Shown: piece by piece, positions 1-9,094 of the stretch
Numbering within the stretch: the stretch's first letter is position 1
Layout of the letters: each line of letters opens with the position of its first letter
IMG/VR virus record: IMGVR_UViG_2565956708_000007
From: a virus
Taxonomy: Duplodnaviria; Heunggongvirae; Uroviricota; Caudoviricetes
Direction: 5' to 3' (one strand)
DNA: 64,000 nucleotides
Position numbers and translations under genes: made by a program
Notes under the pieces: model-generated
Told to the model about the DNA's origin: nothing
The model's database searches: none
The model's input: only the letters and a program-made list of their open reading frames with translations

Positions 1-1
1 T

Positions 2-469
2 TTCGTTTGCAGTTGGAACAATTTTTGAAGCATCAAGGCCAATCACTTTTGGGTAAACAGCGCCGTCTGTCCTTTCTGTCACCATACTTCTGACTAAGGA
101 AAAATAACTATTGTTTGTTGAGGGATTTAAAGGCACCACTGCCCCCTTAAACGAGCCTACTGATTCCCATATTGAATAATTTTCAGTATTTACAGTCTTG
201 AACTCACCATAGATATTACGTATGGCATCACCTTGAGCGGATAATATTGTTCTCCCCGCATCCACACCACGTCCGTCATCCCAGCCGCGAATAAACTCAC
301 CGCGTAAATCCGGTAATTTATCGGTGGGATAAGCCTTTGCCAGTTCTGGGTATTCTTCAGCAGAAAAAGCTGCTCCGTTGCATTTTAGCCAGCCTGTTGG
401 CGGAGTGGCTGAGGGCCACGGAACAGGTACGCCAACAGGCAATGCTGAGCCTTCCCCCAAACCAACGTT
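2..469 (-). CDS. Tail-fibre variable C-terminal cassette, partial (continues past window start); invertase-proximal, promoterless alternative cassette of the invertible segment
   Basis: Minus-strand frame open from 469 to the window edge; translation starts NVGLGEGSALPVGVPVPWPSATPPTGWLKCNGAAFSAEEYPELAKAYPTDKLPDLRGEFIRGWDDGRGVD, the conserved motif of Mu/P1-type invertible tail-fibre cassettes; an in-frame TAA sits immediately 5' at 470-472. Confidence 0.6.
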
Positions 470-477
470 TTAGTCTT
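452..477. other. cix/gix-like inversion crossover site, copy 1 (TTCCCCCAAACC AA CGTTTTAGTCTT)
   Basis: Resembles the Mu gix site as I recall it (TTCCTGTAAACC GA GGTTTTGGATAA); lies exactly where the tail-fibre cassette frame opens and just upstream of the invertase gene. Confidence 0.45.
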
Positions 478-531
478 AATCCCTACCTATACCAACGATG
501 TATTTTTAACTAAACAAAGAGGTTGTTTTTC

Positions 532-613
532 ATGCAAATTGGCTACATTCGTGTGTCAACAAATGACCAAAACACAGATTTACAAAGAAATGCACTGAAC
601 TGCGCAGGATGTC
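532..613 (+). pseudogene. Truncated 5' fragment of the invertase gene (27 codons) created by the tandem duplication
   Basis: MQIGYIRVSTNDQNTDLQRNALNCAGC is identical to the N-terminus of the full cin gene at 775, then runs out of frame into antisense tail-fibre sequence. Confidence 0.6.
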
Positions 614-694
614 TGCTCCGTTACATTTCAGCCACCCCGTTGGTGGTGTGGCTGAGGGCCACGGAACAGGCACACCAACGGGCAGCGCCGATCC

Positions 695-720
695 TTCCCC
701 TAAACCAACGTTTTAGTCTT
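695..720. other. cix/gix-like crossover site, copy 2 (TTCCCCTAAACC AA CGTTTTAGTCTT)
   Basis: Second copy, 243 bp from copy 1, one mismatch. Confidence 0.45.
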
Positions 721-774
721 AATCCCTACCTATACCAACGATGTATTTTTAACTAAACAAAGAGGTTGTTTTTC

Positions 775-1347
775 ATGCAAATTGGCTACATTCGTGTGTC
801 AACAAATGACCAAAACACAGATTTACAAAGAAATGCACTGAACTGCGCAGGATGTGAACTGATTTTTGAAGATAAAATAAGCGGAACAAAGTCAGCCAGA
901 CCAGGCTTGAAAAAGCTGCTCAGAACGTTATCAGAAGGAGATACGCTGGTTGTCTGGAAGCTGGATAGGCTTGGCAGAAGTATGAAACACCTTATCACGC
1001 TTATAGAGGAGTTGCGGGAAAAAGGTGTTAATTTCCGTAGTCTGACAGACAGTATTGACACATCAACACCCATGGGGCGTTTCTTTTTTCATGTCATGGG
1101 TGCTTTAGCAGAAATGGAACGTGAATTAATTGTTGAGAGAACACTGGCCGGACTGGCAGCTGCACGCGAACAGGGACGCATTGGCGGACGTCGCCCGAAG
1201 TTGACAAAAGAACAACATGAGCAAATAGCGAGGTTGATCGAAAATGGCTACAGCAGGAAACAGTTGGCAATTATTTACGATATCGGTGTATCGACGATTT
1301 ATCGTTATCATCCTGTAGAGAAGCGCCAAACTCAATCTGAGCTGTAA
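775..1347 (+). CDS. cin: Serine DNA invertase (Cin/Gin/Hin/Pin family)
   Basis: MQIGYIRVSTNDQNTDLQRNAL...VVWKLDRLGRSMKHL...GRFFFHVMGALAEMERELIVERT with C-terminal HTH; ATG at 775 follows RBS AAGAGG; track ORF begins at the upstream TTG 766. Confidence 0.92.
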   Translation: MQIGYIRVSTNDQNTDLQRNALNCAGCELIFEDKISGTKSARPGLKKLLRTLSEGDTLVVWKLDRLGRSMKHLITLIEELREKGVNFRSLTDSIDTSTPMGRFFFHVMGALAEMERELIVERTLAGLAAAREQGRIGGRRPKLTKEQHEQIARLIENGYSRKQLAIIYDIGVSTIYRYHPVEKRQTQSEL

Positions 1348-1782
1348 TTCTAATGCCGCGTCGGTGTAATTTATCTTGATAGAATAGGTACATTTATCGC
1401 GCGGCACATCAATTCGATGTATCTAGCGCCTGCTGGCCGCTAATGAAAACTGTTCTCGAAATGTTGTCCCTAGTCCGAGACTAGGGTATCACCTCTGGAA
1501 AGCATACGCAGAACCTTTTTTAACCCAGGGTGCCCAGCTTTTTTGCTGCTCGCCTTATTCGCAAAAATTAGCTCACATCCTGCGCTTTCAAGTGCTTTTC
1601 ACTGCATAGCTGTGTTTTGTTCATTTGTCTATATGCGTACATAGCCTATTAGCATATTTTCTGCCCACTATCGTTATTTATTGCAAGCTACAGGTTTTAA
1701 TTAACAAAACCAGTGTGTGTGGAAATCACAAAGTGCATACCGTTCTCAAATGTTGTTCAACTTACTGTTGTATAGGTAAAAA

Positions 1783-2046
1783 ATGACATTTTATGTACAT
1801 ATCGTGATGTTATCCCTTCTTGGTGGGGTGTATTCGTATTTGAGTGGGCTATGTGAAAACCGTTACGAGTCTTCATGCAAGAAATTGCTGGCCGAATGTA
1901 TTTCCGCCGTACTTGCTGGCTTTATTGGCATGTATCTCGCGGAATATAAGGACATGAATGAAAGCCTTCAGAGCTGCATGGTTCTTATTTTCAGCGCCAA
2001 TAGCAGGCTTATTATTGAAGGTTCCAAAAGTCGGTTGAATAGGTAA
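1783..2046 (+). CDS. Small two-TM membrane protein, holin-like (position of lydC)
   Basis: 87 aa with two hydrophobic segments, immediately upstream of lydA. Confidence 0.4.
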   Translation: MTFYVHIVMLSLLGGVYSYLSGLCENRYESSCKKLLAECISAVLAGFIGMYLAEYKDMNESLQSCMVLIFSANSRLIIEGSKSRLNR

Positions 2047-2120
2047 GTCTCTTATGCAACATAACCGGTTGAGAAGTTACTTTGCATACCATTACCTCCT
2101 GACAACGTAGGAGGGAACTT

Positions 2121-2450
2121 GTGCTTGACACACAGGAATTAGCTCCAGTTGCTATTGCGCTCCTGCTTTCAGTAATTGGTGGGATAGGCACGTTCCTGAT
2201 GGATGTCCGAGACGGTCGCCAGTCTGGCAATTTGTTGGGATTGGTTACGGAGATCTTTGTTGCAGTGACAGCTGGCGCGGTGGCGTACCTATTGGGGCAA
2301 CACGAGGGCTGGGAGTTATCAATTACGTACTTAATGGTAACGATAGCCAGCAATAACGGTCATGAGGTGATTTCAGGGATGAAACGAGTGAATATCGATA
2401 GCATTCTGAATGTTCTTACAAGTTTGGTGAAAAAGGGAGGCGGGAAATGA
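2121..2450 (+). CDS. lydA: Holin LydA-like
   Basis: 109-aa membrane protein, GTG start after GGAGGG RBS, overlaps next gene; matches P1 lyd position. Confidence 0.55.
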   Translation: MLDTQELAPVAIALLLSVIGGIGTFLMDVRDGRQSGNLLGLVTEIFVAVTAGAVAYLLGQHEGWELSITYLMVTIASNNGHEVISGMKRVNIDSILNVLTSLVKKGGGK

Positions 2451-2890
2451 TTGGCTGGGGTGTATGCGTTCTTGCGTTAGCCTTAGCCGATCGCTATTTG
2501 CTAAAACGCAAGGACATCACGCATTTAGAACTTGGTGATGTGGAAATTAAACCGGGTTTCATCCGGGTGCCGTTCAAATACCGGTCTAAATTCCCGTTTT
2601 TGCGCGGCGCAACGGTCAGATATTGGATCCGCGATGTTCAGAAGCCGACGACAGTGATTGAAGGCGAACAACGTTGTTTGACGTCGGCTGAACAGGGCGA
2701 AAACAGTGAATGGTTGTACATACCCACTGAATATATGGGTAAAGGAGAGCGACTGTGGCATTTCAACGTCATGGTTACGCATGGCGACTCGTTCATTAAC
2801 CCGTTGTATCGGATTTTCCCTGTTACTCAGCAAATCCGCAGAAGTTACGTAATAAATCTCGCACAGGATGTGTCAGATGACGAAAAATAA
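2447..2890 (+). CDS. lydB: Antiholin LydB-like
   Basis: 147 aa, translationally coupled to lydA, in the P1 lydA-lydB-hdf-darA arrangement. Confidence 0.55.
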   Translation: MIGWGVCVLALALADRYLLKRKDITHLELGDVEIKPGFIRVPFKYRSKFPFLRGATVRYWIRDVQKPTTVIEGEQRCLTSAEQGENSEWLYIPTEYMGKGERLWHFNVMVTHGDSFINPLYRIFPVTQQIRRSYVINLAQDVSDDEK

Positions 2891-3479
2891 GTATGCAACA
2901 GTCGATTTTGACCAGGTTAATGAAAAGGGGCTGAAATCCCTTATCGCGGCGATCAATAAAACCGGTGTTACGGTAATTGAGGTTGACTCCAGCAACCGCG
3001 CAACAACGAAAGATGGCGTTAAAGTTAAAACCGCAAAGCTGGTTCTTAACGACGGACAAATTCTTGCCATACAGGTAAACGATACTGGCGATATATCGTC
3101 TGTGAGGCTGAATGGAAAAGCTATTCCTAACGCTCAGTCGCCGGATATCAAGACGCTTGGTACCGTCATGGGGCAAGCGGCCCGCAAAAACTCCGCAAAA
3201 TTCCAGAAATCACTGATCGCCAAAGCGAAACGTGTTGCCAATCCGGTAGACAAGAAACCGGCAGTAAAATCCAACTTTCAGCGCCTGCAAGAGGCAAAAC
3301 AGCGGAATGCTCAGGTGGTTGCCGCTTATAAATCAGCGCAGAACTCGGTGTCTTTCAATCAACAGCAGATCACTGATTTGCGGGCGAAGCTGGATAAGGA
3401 GACAGGCCGACTCAATAACGAAAAGGCCCGAAATGGCGAACTCAAACGCCGTCTTAAGCAACTGAAAGCAGGAAATTAA
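2868..3479 (+). CDS. hdf: Hdf, homolog of a DarA fragment (Dar antirestriction operon)
   Basis: 203 aa; shares the KNSAKFQ..coiled-coil segment with the following DarA ORF. Confidence 0.6.
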   Translation: MCQMTKNKYATVDFDQVNEKGLKSLIAAINKTGVTVIEVDSSNRATTKDGVKVKTAKLVLNDGQILAIQVNDTGDISSVRLNGKAIPNAQSPDIKTLGTVMGQAARKNSAKFQKSLIAKAKRVANPVDKKPAVKSNFQRLQEAKQRNAQVVAAYKSAQNSVSFNQQQITDLRAKLDKETGRLNNEKARNGELKRRLKQLKAGN

Positions 3480-3480
3480 C

Positions 3481-5400
3481 ATGGAACAGTTCAATATCAA
3501 TAAAGGGGTGACGATCAAGCCTGGGCTTGACGTGCTTCCCCCGCCAGTGACTGATGATGAATATCGCGCATTAATGGCCGGTGAGGACCGCTATCTGATG
3601 ACGGAATCCAACACCCTGGAGGAAATCGAGGCTACGTTCTTCTATGACACGCCGATCCACTGGTGTGCTACGGATTTACTGGAGGCGATTAGTTCTACTC
3701 GTTTGCAGTTACACCGGACCATGCAGGCATTTGTCCGGGCATTGAACCAGAAGCTGAATGGTACCGGAATCTCTGCGGGGAGTGATAAAACGGGGGATGT
3801 GGCCCAGAGCGGCGCGCGCGCGATCGGCGGCGCTGAAATTGGCCGGGCACGTAACGTTAACGGGCTGCCGGTCTTGCCAGCCATTATTCCGCTCAGTGAT
3901 GGTCAGACTATCAGCATTCTGTTTCATAGCCCGACAGCGGAAAACCGGATCACAAATAGCGATACGCTGGTTGCTTTCCAGTTCTTACTGAATAAAAAAG
4001 ACGTTACTCACACCGTTGCTCCGATGAGTGGACGTGATATGACGCTGGCGCAGGTCACCATGAAACTTGCCAACCTTGCAGAGAAAAACTCGGCAAAATT
4101 CCAGCGTGCGCAGAAGAAGAAAAAAGCCCTTGTTGATGAAATAACCCAACTACAGGCTGACAGTGACCAGAAAGAGGATGCCATGAGCGACCTCGCGGAT
4201 CAGGTGGCAGCGGTAGAAGGGCAGAAGGCAGATCTGGAGCAGAAAATTAACGCTGTTGCATCGGAAGCGGATTCTCTTTATGAAGAGAATGAGCGTTTGC
4301 AGACGGAGATTGATCAGCTCAATCGCACTGGTGGGCGCGATACCATTGCTCCAGCGGGGATGACTGGTGGGCACTCTCGCGCGCTGACGGATCGCCTTGC
4401 CAGTATCAAAAATCGTATGCATATGGACGGGGAAGTGACGCTCAGTAATGGTGCATCAATGAAGCAATTCATTGGGGGCGGCGAAGGGTATATCCAGTTA
4501 ACCGATCCGGATGGCAGCGTATACATGATCAAGGCTAAATCCATACAGGGTGTGGACATGGCAGATGCGATCGGCAAGCTGTTTAAAGCCTATAAAGCGG
4601 GTAATGTATCGGAATACCTGGTCCAACCAGAAGAACATAAACCGGAAAACGTCGAACCTGAACCAGCGGAGGATACCGGTAGCTCTTCGCCTGAACCAGA
4701 AGTCTCTGTAGGTGCATATCGATATGCCCTGCAAATGCGTCCGGCGGCCCCTGGCGCAATACCTGAAGGTAACAAAGCAATTCTGCCGCGCCCTGATGAA
4801 GGTGACCCGTATTATGAATATGCACGCTACGGCATTGCTACTTACGATACCCCGCTTTCTGATCAGCAAATGAGTGAGTACGACCTGAAGTTATTGCCTC
4901 GCGAGGATTCTTTCGACTTCCTGGCGAAGACACTTACTAATGGTCCGTTTGGCAAATATGCACAAAAAGCTCTGGAGCTGGCCACCAGCTCACCAGACGA
5001 GTTCCGCGTAATGCTGAAAACTCAGTTTCAAAAAACTTTCCCCAATATTGCGTTTCCTGGGGGCGCTGGCACCGAGAAAATGGTGCAGAGCATGATCAAT
5101 GCATTGCAGGCCGAAGTCGGTGAGATTACTCAGCCAGAACCGGCTCCGGCACAGCCTGATGAAACGGTTAGCGAAGCAGATGCAGAGGCTAATAAAGCCA
5201 TTGAATATCTCAATAACGTGATGGATATACAAAGCACTGACATGGCGGAGATCCGTAACGCCCGGGGCAATGTCCGGGAAGCGATTGCAGCCCTTCAGGC
5301 TGCCGGACGTTTTGAGGAAAACGAAGAGCTGGTTAACGGCGCAGCTCGCCACCTGGCTGATCTGTTGGTAGCAATCCAGAAAGCGGGGGTAGCGGCATGA
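3481..5400 (+). CDS. darA: DarA, capsid-internal antirestriction protein
   Basis: 639 aa ORF in the hdf-darA-ddrA-ddrB order; size matches P1 DarA as recalled. Confidence 0.75.
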   Translation: MEQFNINKGVTIKPGLDVLPPPVTDDEYRALMAGEDRYLMTESNTLEEIEATFFYDTPIHWCATDLLEAISSTRLQLHRTMQAFVRALNQKLNGTGISAGSDKTGDVAQSGARAIGGAEIGRARNVNGLPVLPAIIPLSDGQTISILFHSPTAENRITNSDTLVAFQFLLNKKDVTHTVAPMSGRDMTLAQVTMKLANLAEKNSAKFQRAQKKKKALVDEITQLQADSDQKEDAMSDLADQVAAVEGQKADLEQKINAVASEADSLYEENERLQTEIDQLNRTGGRDTIAPAGMTGGHSRALTDRLASIKNRMHMDGEVTLSNGASMKQFIGGGEGYIQLTDPDGSVYMIKAKSIQGVDMADAIGKLFKAYKAGNVSEYLVQPEEHKPENVEPEPAEDTGSSSPEPEVSVGAYRYALQMRPAAPGAIPEGNKAILPRPDEGDPYYEYARYGIATYDTPLSDQQMSEYDLKLLPREDSFDFLAKTLTNGPFGKYAQKALELATSSPDEFRVMLKTQFQKTFPNIAFPGGAGTEKMVQSMINALQAEVGEITQPEPAPAQPDETVSEADAEANKAIEYLNNVMDIQSTDMAEIRNARGNVREAIAALQAAGRFEENEELVNGAARHLADLLVAIQKAGVAA

Positions 5401-5762
5401 CACTATCAGCTATTGAGTTAATGGATCTCAGCGATAAGTTGGATGCTCTGATGTCCAAAGCGGCGACCGCGAGTGGCATGGAGTTGCTGGATATCAGCGA
5501 TGAAATTGACCAGATCATGCAACAGATGGGGTACGGCGCGTCCGGCGGTGGTAGTGGCGAGGAAAAACAACCTTCGGAACATGATGGTGTGCCAAAACTG
5601 GTTGCTGATTTCCTGGCTGATAAATTCGTCGATCAGAGCACCGATGCATTTATCGGTACCTTGCAGGATTTGAGTCAATATGTTGGCACATACATCGACC
5701 TGGACCAGGTTAAACAGCACACTGCGGCATGGATAGCCGCCAACATTAAAGAGGCAGCATAA
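5397..5762 (+). CDS. ddrA: DdrA
   Basis: 121 aa, start overlaps darA stop; position in dar operon. Confidence 0.55.
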   Translation: MTLSAIELMDLSDKLDALMSKAATASGMELLDISDEIDQIMQQMGYGASGGGSGEEKQPSEHDGVPKLVADFLADKFVDQSTDAFIGTLQDLSQYVGTYIDLDQVKQHTAAWIAANIKEAA

Positions 5763-5774
5763 GGCGTAACAGGG

Positions 5775-8762
5775 ATGAGCTTAAGCGATCAGGTGGTAAT
5801 GGCCACCAGCATAGAAACGCTGATCGAGCTGCTAAAGAACCTGCCCGATTATGGGCGGGTTTCGTATGTGGTGACAGCGAAGGGAGACGAGGTAAAAACA
5901 GCGTTTGATATCGTCGATGCCTCAGCTCTTTTGGTATCCAATACTCTGGATGGGAAAATTAATCCTGACTATCCCCAGGAACTTCAGCCGCGCGACCGGA
6001 CCCGCGCATCCAGCCTTCTTCAGGTTAACCAGATATCCAAAGATTTGCGGCCAGCTCAGCTTACTGATTCCGGTTTATCCAGCCATGGTGCGCCAATAAT
6101 TGGTGAGGACAATGCCGTTGAGTCAGGTAATGGGCGGACCATGGGGATCATTAAAGCCTATCAGGACGGTAATGCGGATCGGTATCGGGAGTACCTGATT
6201 GAACATGCGACCGAATTCGGCATACGGCCTGAAAAGGTTGAATCAATGACGGCTCCGGTACTGGTGCGCCGCCGGTTAACGAAGGTTGACCGTGTTCAGT
6301 TTGCCAAGGACTCAAATATTTCTGATCTCCAGGAAATGGCAGCCAGTGAAAAGGCTTTTGTTGATGCCGACAGCATAACACCGGCGATGATGGCGTTGTT
6401 TAACCCGTCAGAAAGTGGAGATCTGCTTAGCCGCAGTAATGACGCGTTTATTCGCGGATTTATGACGCAAGTTGGTGCCACACAGGCGGCTGGCCTTGTA
6501 ACTGAAGATGGGCGACCAACACGGCAACTTGTAGACCGTATACAAAACGCGATCTTTGCCAAGGCATATAAGGATGCGCGCCTGGTAAGGATGGTTGCAG
6601 AAGAACCTGATCCGGATATGCGTAATGTTCTGACGGCGCTTAATGCGGCAGCCAATGATTTTGTCCAGATGCAGGCTTTATCAGGAGAAGCGCACAAGCA
6701 GGCTGTGACAACTATTGTTGATGGCATTGAGACAGCGGATTGCCTCGATAAAAAGGCGCTGGCGGCATTGAAAGATGCGGTAGACCTGGTAAGGCAATCG
6801 AAGGAGTCAGGCCAGCATATTACCGATGTTATTGCTCAGGGGGATATGTTCAGCGAAACGGCCCCGGAAGTGAAAGCACTCGCGTTGTTCATCGTCGCGA
6901 ATAACCGTAGCGCGAAGCGTATGGCCACCGCCTTTAAGTTGATGGCTCAACGTATCAATGATGAGTTACAGCACCAGGGCCAGGCGCTGGGGGATATGTT
7001 TGGCGGCGGCGATGTGTCGTTACAGGATATCCTTCGCCAGGTGTCTCAGGAACTGGAAAACGAAGGCATGCAAGGGATATCCGGCGGTCTTTTCGAGTCC
7101 GTTTCCGGCGGTAGTTACAACGGTGTTGCTCCGTATACCAGTTTGCTATTACATCGGGCATCCGGCATCAAAGACATTATTCATCTGATCAGGCTGCTTT
7201 CCCGCACAGATCCCCAGGATGAACAGCTTGTACAAGTGCTTGCGCATTTTGTTCGAATGCCTGTTGCCGACGTGAAAAAATGGTGCCGATTATTCGGTAT
7301 CAGCAATTCGTTACTTCGCGGCTTGTTAAATCACGCATCCTCCCTTGGGCGCGATGGCTTTGACGAGATAGCGCAGGCGATAAAAAACGGAGATATGCCA
7401 CCAGCTATTGACTGGTTTTCCATTCGCCCAACCAGGGTGAAAGCATTCCTTAGCGCGGCGCATTCGGCATCACCATTGGCAGAAATGGTTCAGAGGTTGT
7501 CGCTCATATTCACAGACCATACCGCGTTGGGTGACCTGACTCTGGACGAGATGAAAGAAGCCTCCATTCAGTGGGCCGATCAACAAAATGAGGTTAACTC
7601 AGACTTCTTGCCAGCATTCAGGAAGGCCGTTAGTAAAGCGGATGATGCCCGTGGAATTCTGAAGGCATTTAAGGCATTGCAAAGTCGTGTTAATAAACAT
7701 GTCGGTGATATCGATGGGGTAACGGCGGAAGGCCGGGATATCCTTAAAGAGCACGGCATAACGCCAGAGTTTATTGATGAGATCAGGACTGATATGCAGC
7801 GTGAGGTCGTATCGTCCCTGCAAATCGTAGCCAGAGCGTTGGCGGATGCTAATCCGAAGAGTGCGGCCATTGTTAACCGTGTTATTGGTGATATTGAAGC
7901 ATCGGAGGGCATGGGGGCGCTGAAACTCTTCCTTTCGCGAGCGTTTAATCCTAACGGCAATATTCTCCCCGGCATTATTGGTGAGGCTAAAAAGTATGTC
8001 AGCGAAGAAGAACTTGAGCATCTTGACCAACTACTTAAGCGATTCTCATATAACCCGCAGACACGCTGGCAAATGAATCAGCAAAGTATGGGTTCGGTCC
8101 ACGAGAAAGTGTTATCTGCCATGAACAGTGCGATCGCCAACTCATCCGTATCTGAAGAAAAAGCTCTTGAGTGGGCTGACTCTTTTATCACGGAAGAAGT
8201 GGAAGAAGCCCGCGCTGGACAGAATGGTGGGATAGACCTGCGCAAGGAACTTGCTGATATTTATCGCCTGACCGGCGGTAAAATTTCGACCTTATCAAAG
8301 GTGGTTCACCACCAGGGAAGGGCATATGCAAATATTAATGGTGTTGTTGCTGTCAATTTGAACGATGAAAATGCAAGTGCACTGTGGCACGAGCTGGGTC
8401 ATCATCTTGAGTACAGTAACCCTGGTTTGTTAGAGAAAGCCCGGTCATTCCTGAAGGCCAATGTTGAAGGGGATAAGCCATCTTTCGTTAATATCGGTGG
8501 GCGTGGCAAGCCTGAATGGTGCTTCAGATCTCGATTGAGTAATATTTATATGGCGAAGGTATACCCGCCAGCCTCAGTAAGTAACACCGGGAAAATTCGG
8601 CAGAAATCACCGACTATTTCCAAAACGTCAGCAACGGAAGTATTCTCTATGGCTCTTCAGTTGTATCATGACAAAGAGGCCGCTGCCGCATCACTGATGA
8701 ATGGTGACGGATTGCTGGAACTGTTATTAGGTGTGGCAAAGGAGCTAAATAATGCAGATTAA
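5775..8762 (+). CDS. ddrB: DdrB, large Dar operon protein; contains an HExxH zinc-metallopeptidase-like motif (WHELGHHLE)
   Basis: 995 aa ORF following ddrA; motif read from translation. Confidence 0.65.
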   Translation: MSLSDQVVMATSIETLIELLKNLPDYGRVSYVVTAKGDEVKTAFDIVDASALLVSNTLDGKINPDYPQELQPRDRTRASSLLQVNQISKDLRPAQLTDSGLSSHGAPIIGEDNAVESGNGRTMGIIKAYQDGNADRYREYLIEHATEFGIRPEKVESMTAPVLVRRRLTKVDRVQFAKDSNISDLQEMAASEKAFVDADSITPAMMALFNPSESGDLLSRSNDAFIRGFMTQVGATQAAGLVTEDGRPTRQLVDRIQNAIFAKAYKDARLVRMVAEEPDPDMRNVLTALNAAANDFVQMQALSGEAHKQAVTTIVDGIETADCLDKKALAALKDAVDLVRQSKESGQHITDVIAQGDMFSETAPEVKALALFIVANNRSAKRMATAFKLMAQRINDELQHQGQALGDMFGGGDVSLQDILRQVSQELENEGMQGISGGLFESVSGGSYNGVAPYTSLLLHRASGIKDIIHLIRLLSRTDPQDEQLVQVLAHFVRMPVADVKKWCRLFGISNSLLRGLLNHASSLGRDGFDEIAQAIKNGDMPPAIDWFSIRPTRVKAFLSAAHSASPLAEMVQRLSLIFTDHTALGDLTLDEMKEASIQWADQQNEVNSDFLPAFRKAVSKADDARGILKAFKALQSRVNKHVGDIDGVTAEGRDILKEHGITPEFIDEIRTDMQREVVSSLQIVARALADANPKSAAIVNRVIGDIEASEGMGALKLFLSRAFNPNGNILPGIIGEAKKYVSEEELEHLDQLLKRFSYNPQTRWQMNQQSMGSVHEKVLSAMNSAIANSSVSEEKALEWADSFITEEVEEARAGQNGGIDLRKELADIYRLTGGKISTLSKVVHHQGRAYANINGVVAVNLNDENASALWHELGHHLEYSNPGLLEKARSFLKANVEGDKPSFVNIGGRGKPEWCFRSRLSNIYMAKVYPPASVSNTGKIRQKSPTISKTSATEVFSMALQLYHDKEAAAASLMNGDGLLELLLGVAKELNNAD

Positions 8763-9063
8763 AATCGCAGCGCCATTAGGCGGAGATGCCATTATCGAAT
8801 TTGATGATAATGAAGAAGTTTCCGGGCGTTTAAGCATTATCTCCGGTGACATTACCGAGGACATGATCGCTGAAGCCATAGCTGGGGCAAATCCCAATAG
8901 CTATATGGGATTCGTTAACACCCTTGATGCTCCCGCAAGTGATGTTCTCCGAACGCTGCATCTTTACGCTGGCTGGTTTGTTGATTGGCCAGCAGTAGAT
9001 GGTGGCGATGAGGACGACGACGACGACGATTTTGGTGATCATGTAGACCAGATCGTATATTGA
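8752..9063 (+). CDS. Hypothetical acidic protein with poly-Asp tail (GGDEDDDDDDFGDHVDQIVY)
   Basis: 103 aa ORF overlapping the ddrB stop, last gene before a strong terminator. Confidence 0.4.
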   Translation: MQIKIAAPLGGDAIIEFDDNEEVSGRLSIISGDITEDMIAEAIAGANPNSYMGFVNTLDAPASDVLRTLHLYAGWFVDWPAVDGGDEDDDDDDFGDHVDQIVY

Positions 9064-9065
9064 AG

Positions 9066-9092
9066 AAATCCCGCCAATTGGCGGGATTTTTA
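9066..9092. terminator. Bidirectional rho-independent terminator (AAATCCCGCC AATT GGCGGGATTT)
   Basis: Perfect 10-bp stem, 4-nt loop, A-tract and T-tract flanks, between convergent genes. Confidence 0.6.
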
Positions 9093-9094
9093 CC

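Larger units (their letters stand above)
370..855. repeat. Tandem direct repeat, two 243-bp units (370-612 and 613-855); distal ~150 bp identical, proximal ~90 bp about 83 percent identical
   Basis: Read directly: both units contain the tail-fibre motif segment, the crossover-like site, the RBS and the first 27 codons of the invertase. Confidence 0.85.

Noticed and set aside
523-756. 77-aa ORF beginning with the invertase N-terminus
   Set aside because: It is the duplicated first 27 codons of cin running out of frame into antisense tail-fibre sequence; a by-product of the tandem repeat, not a gene
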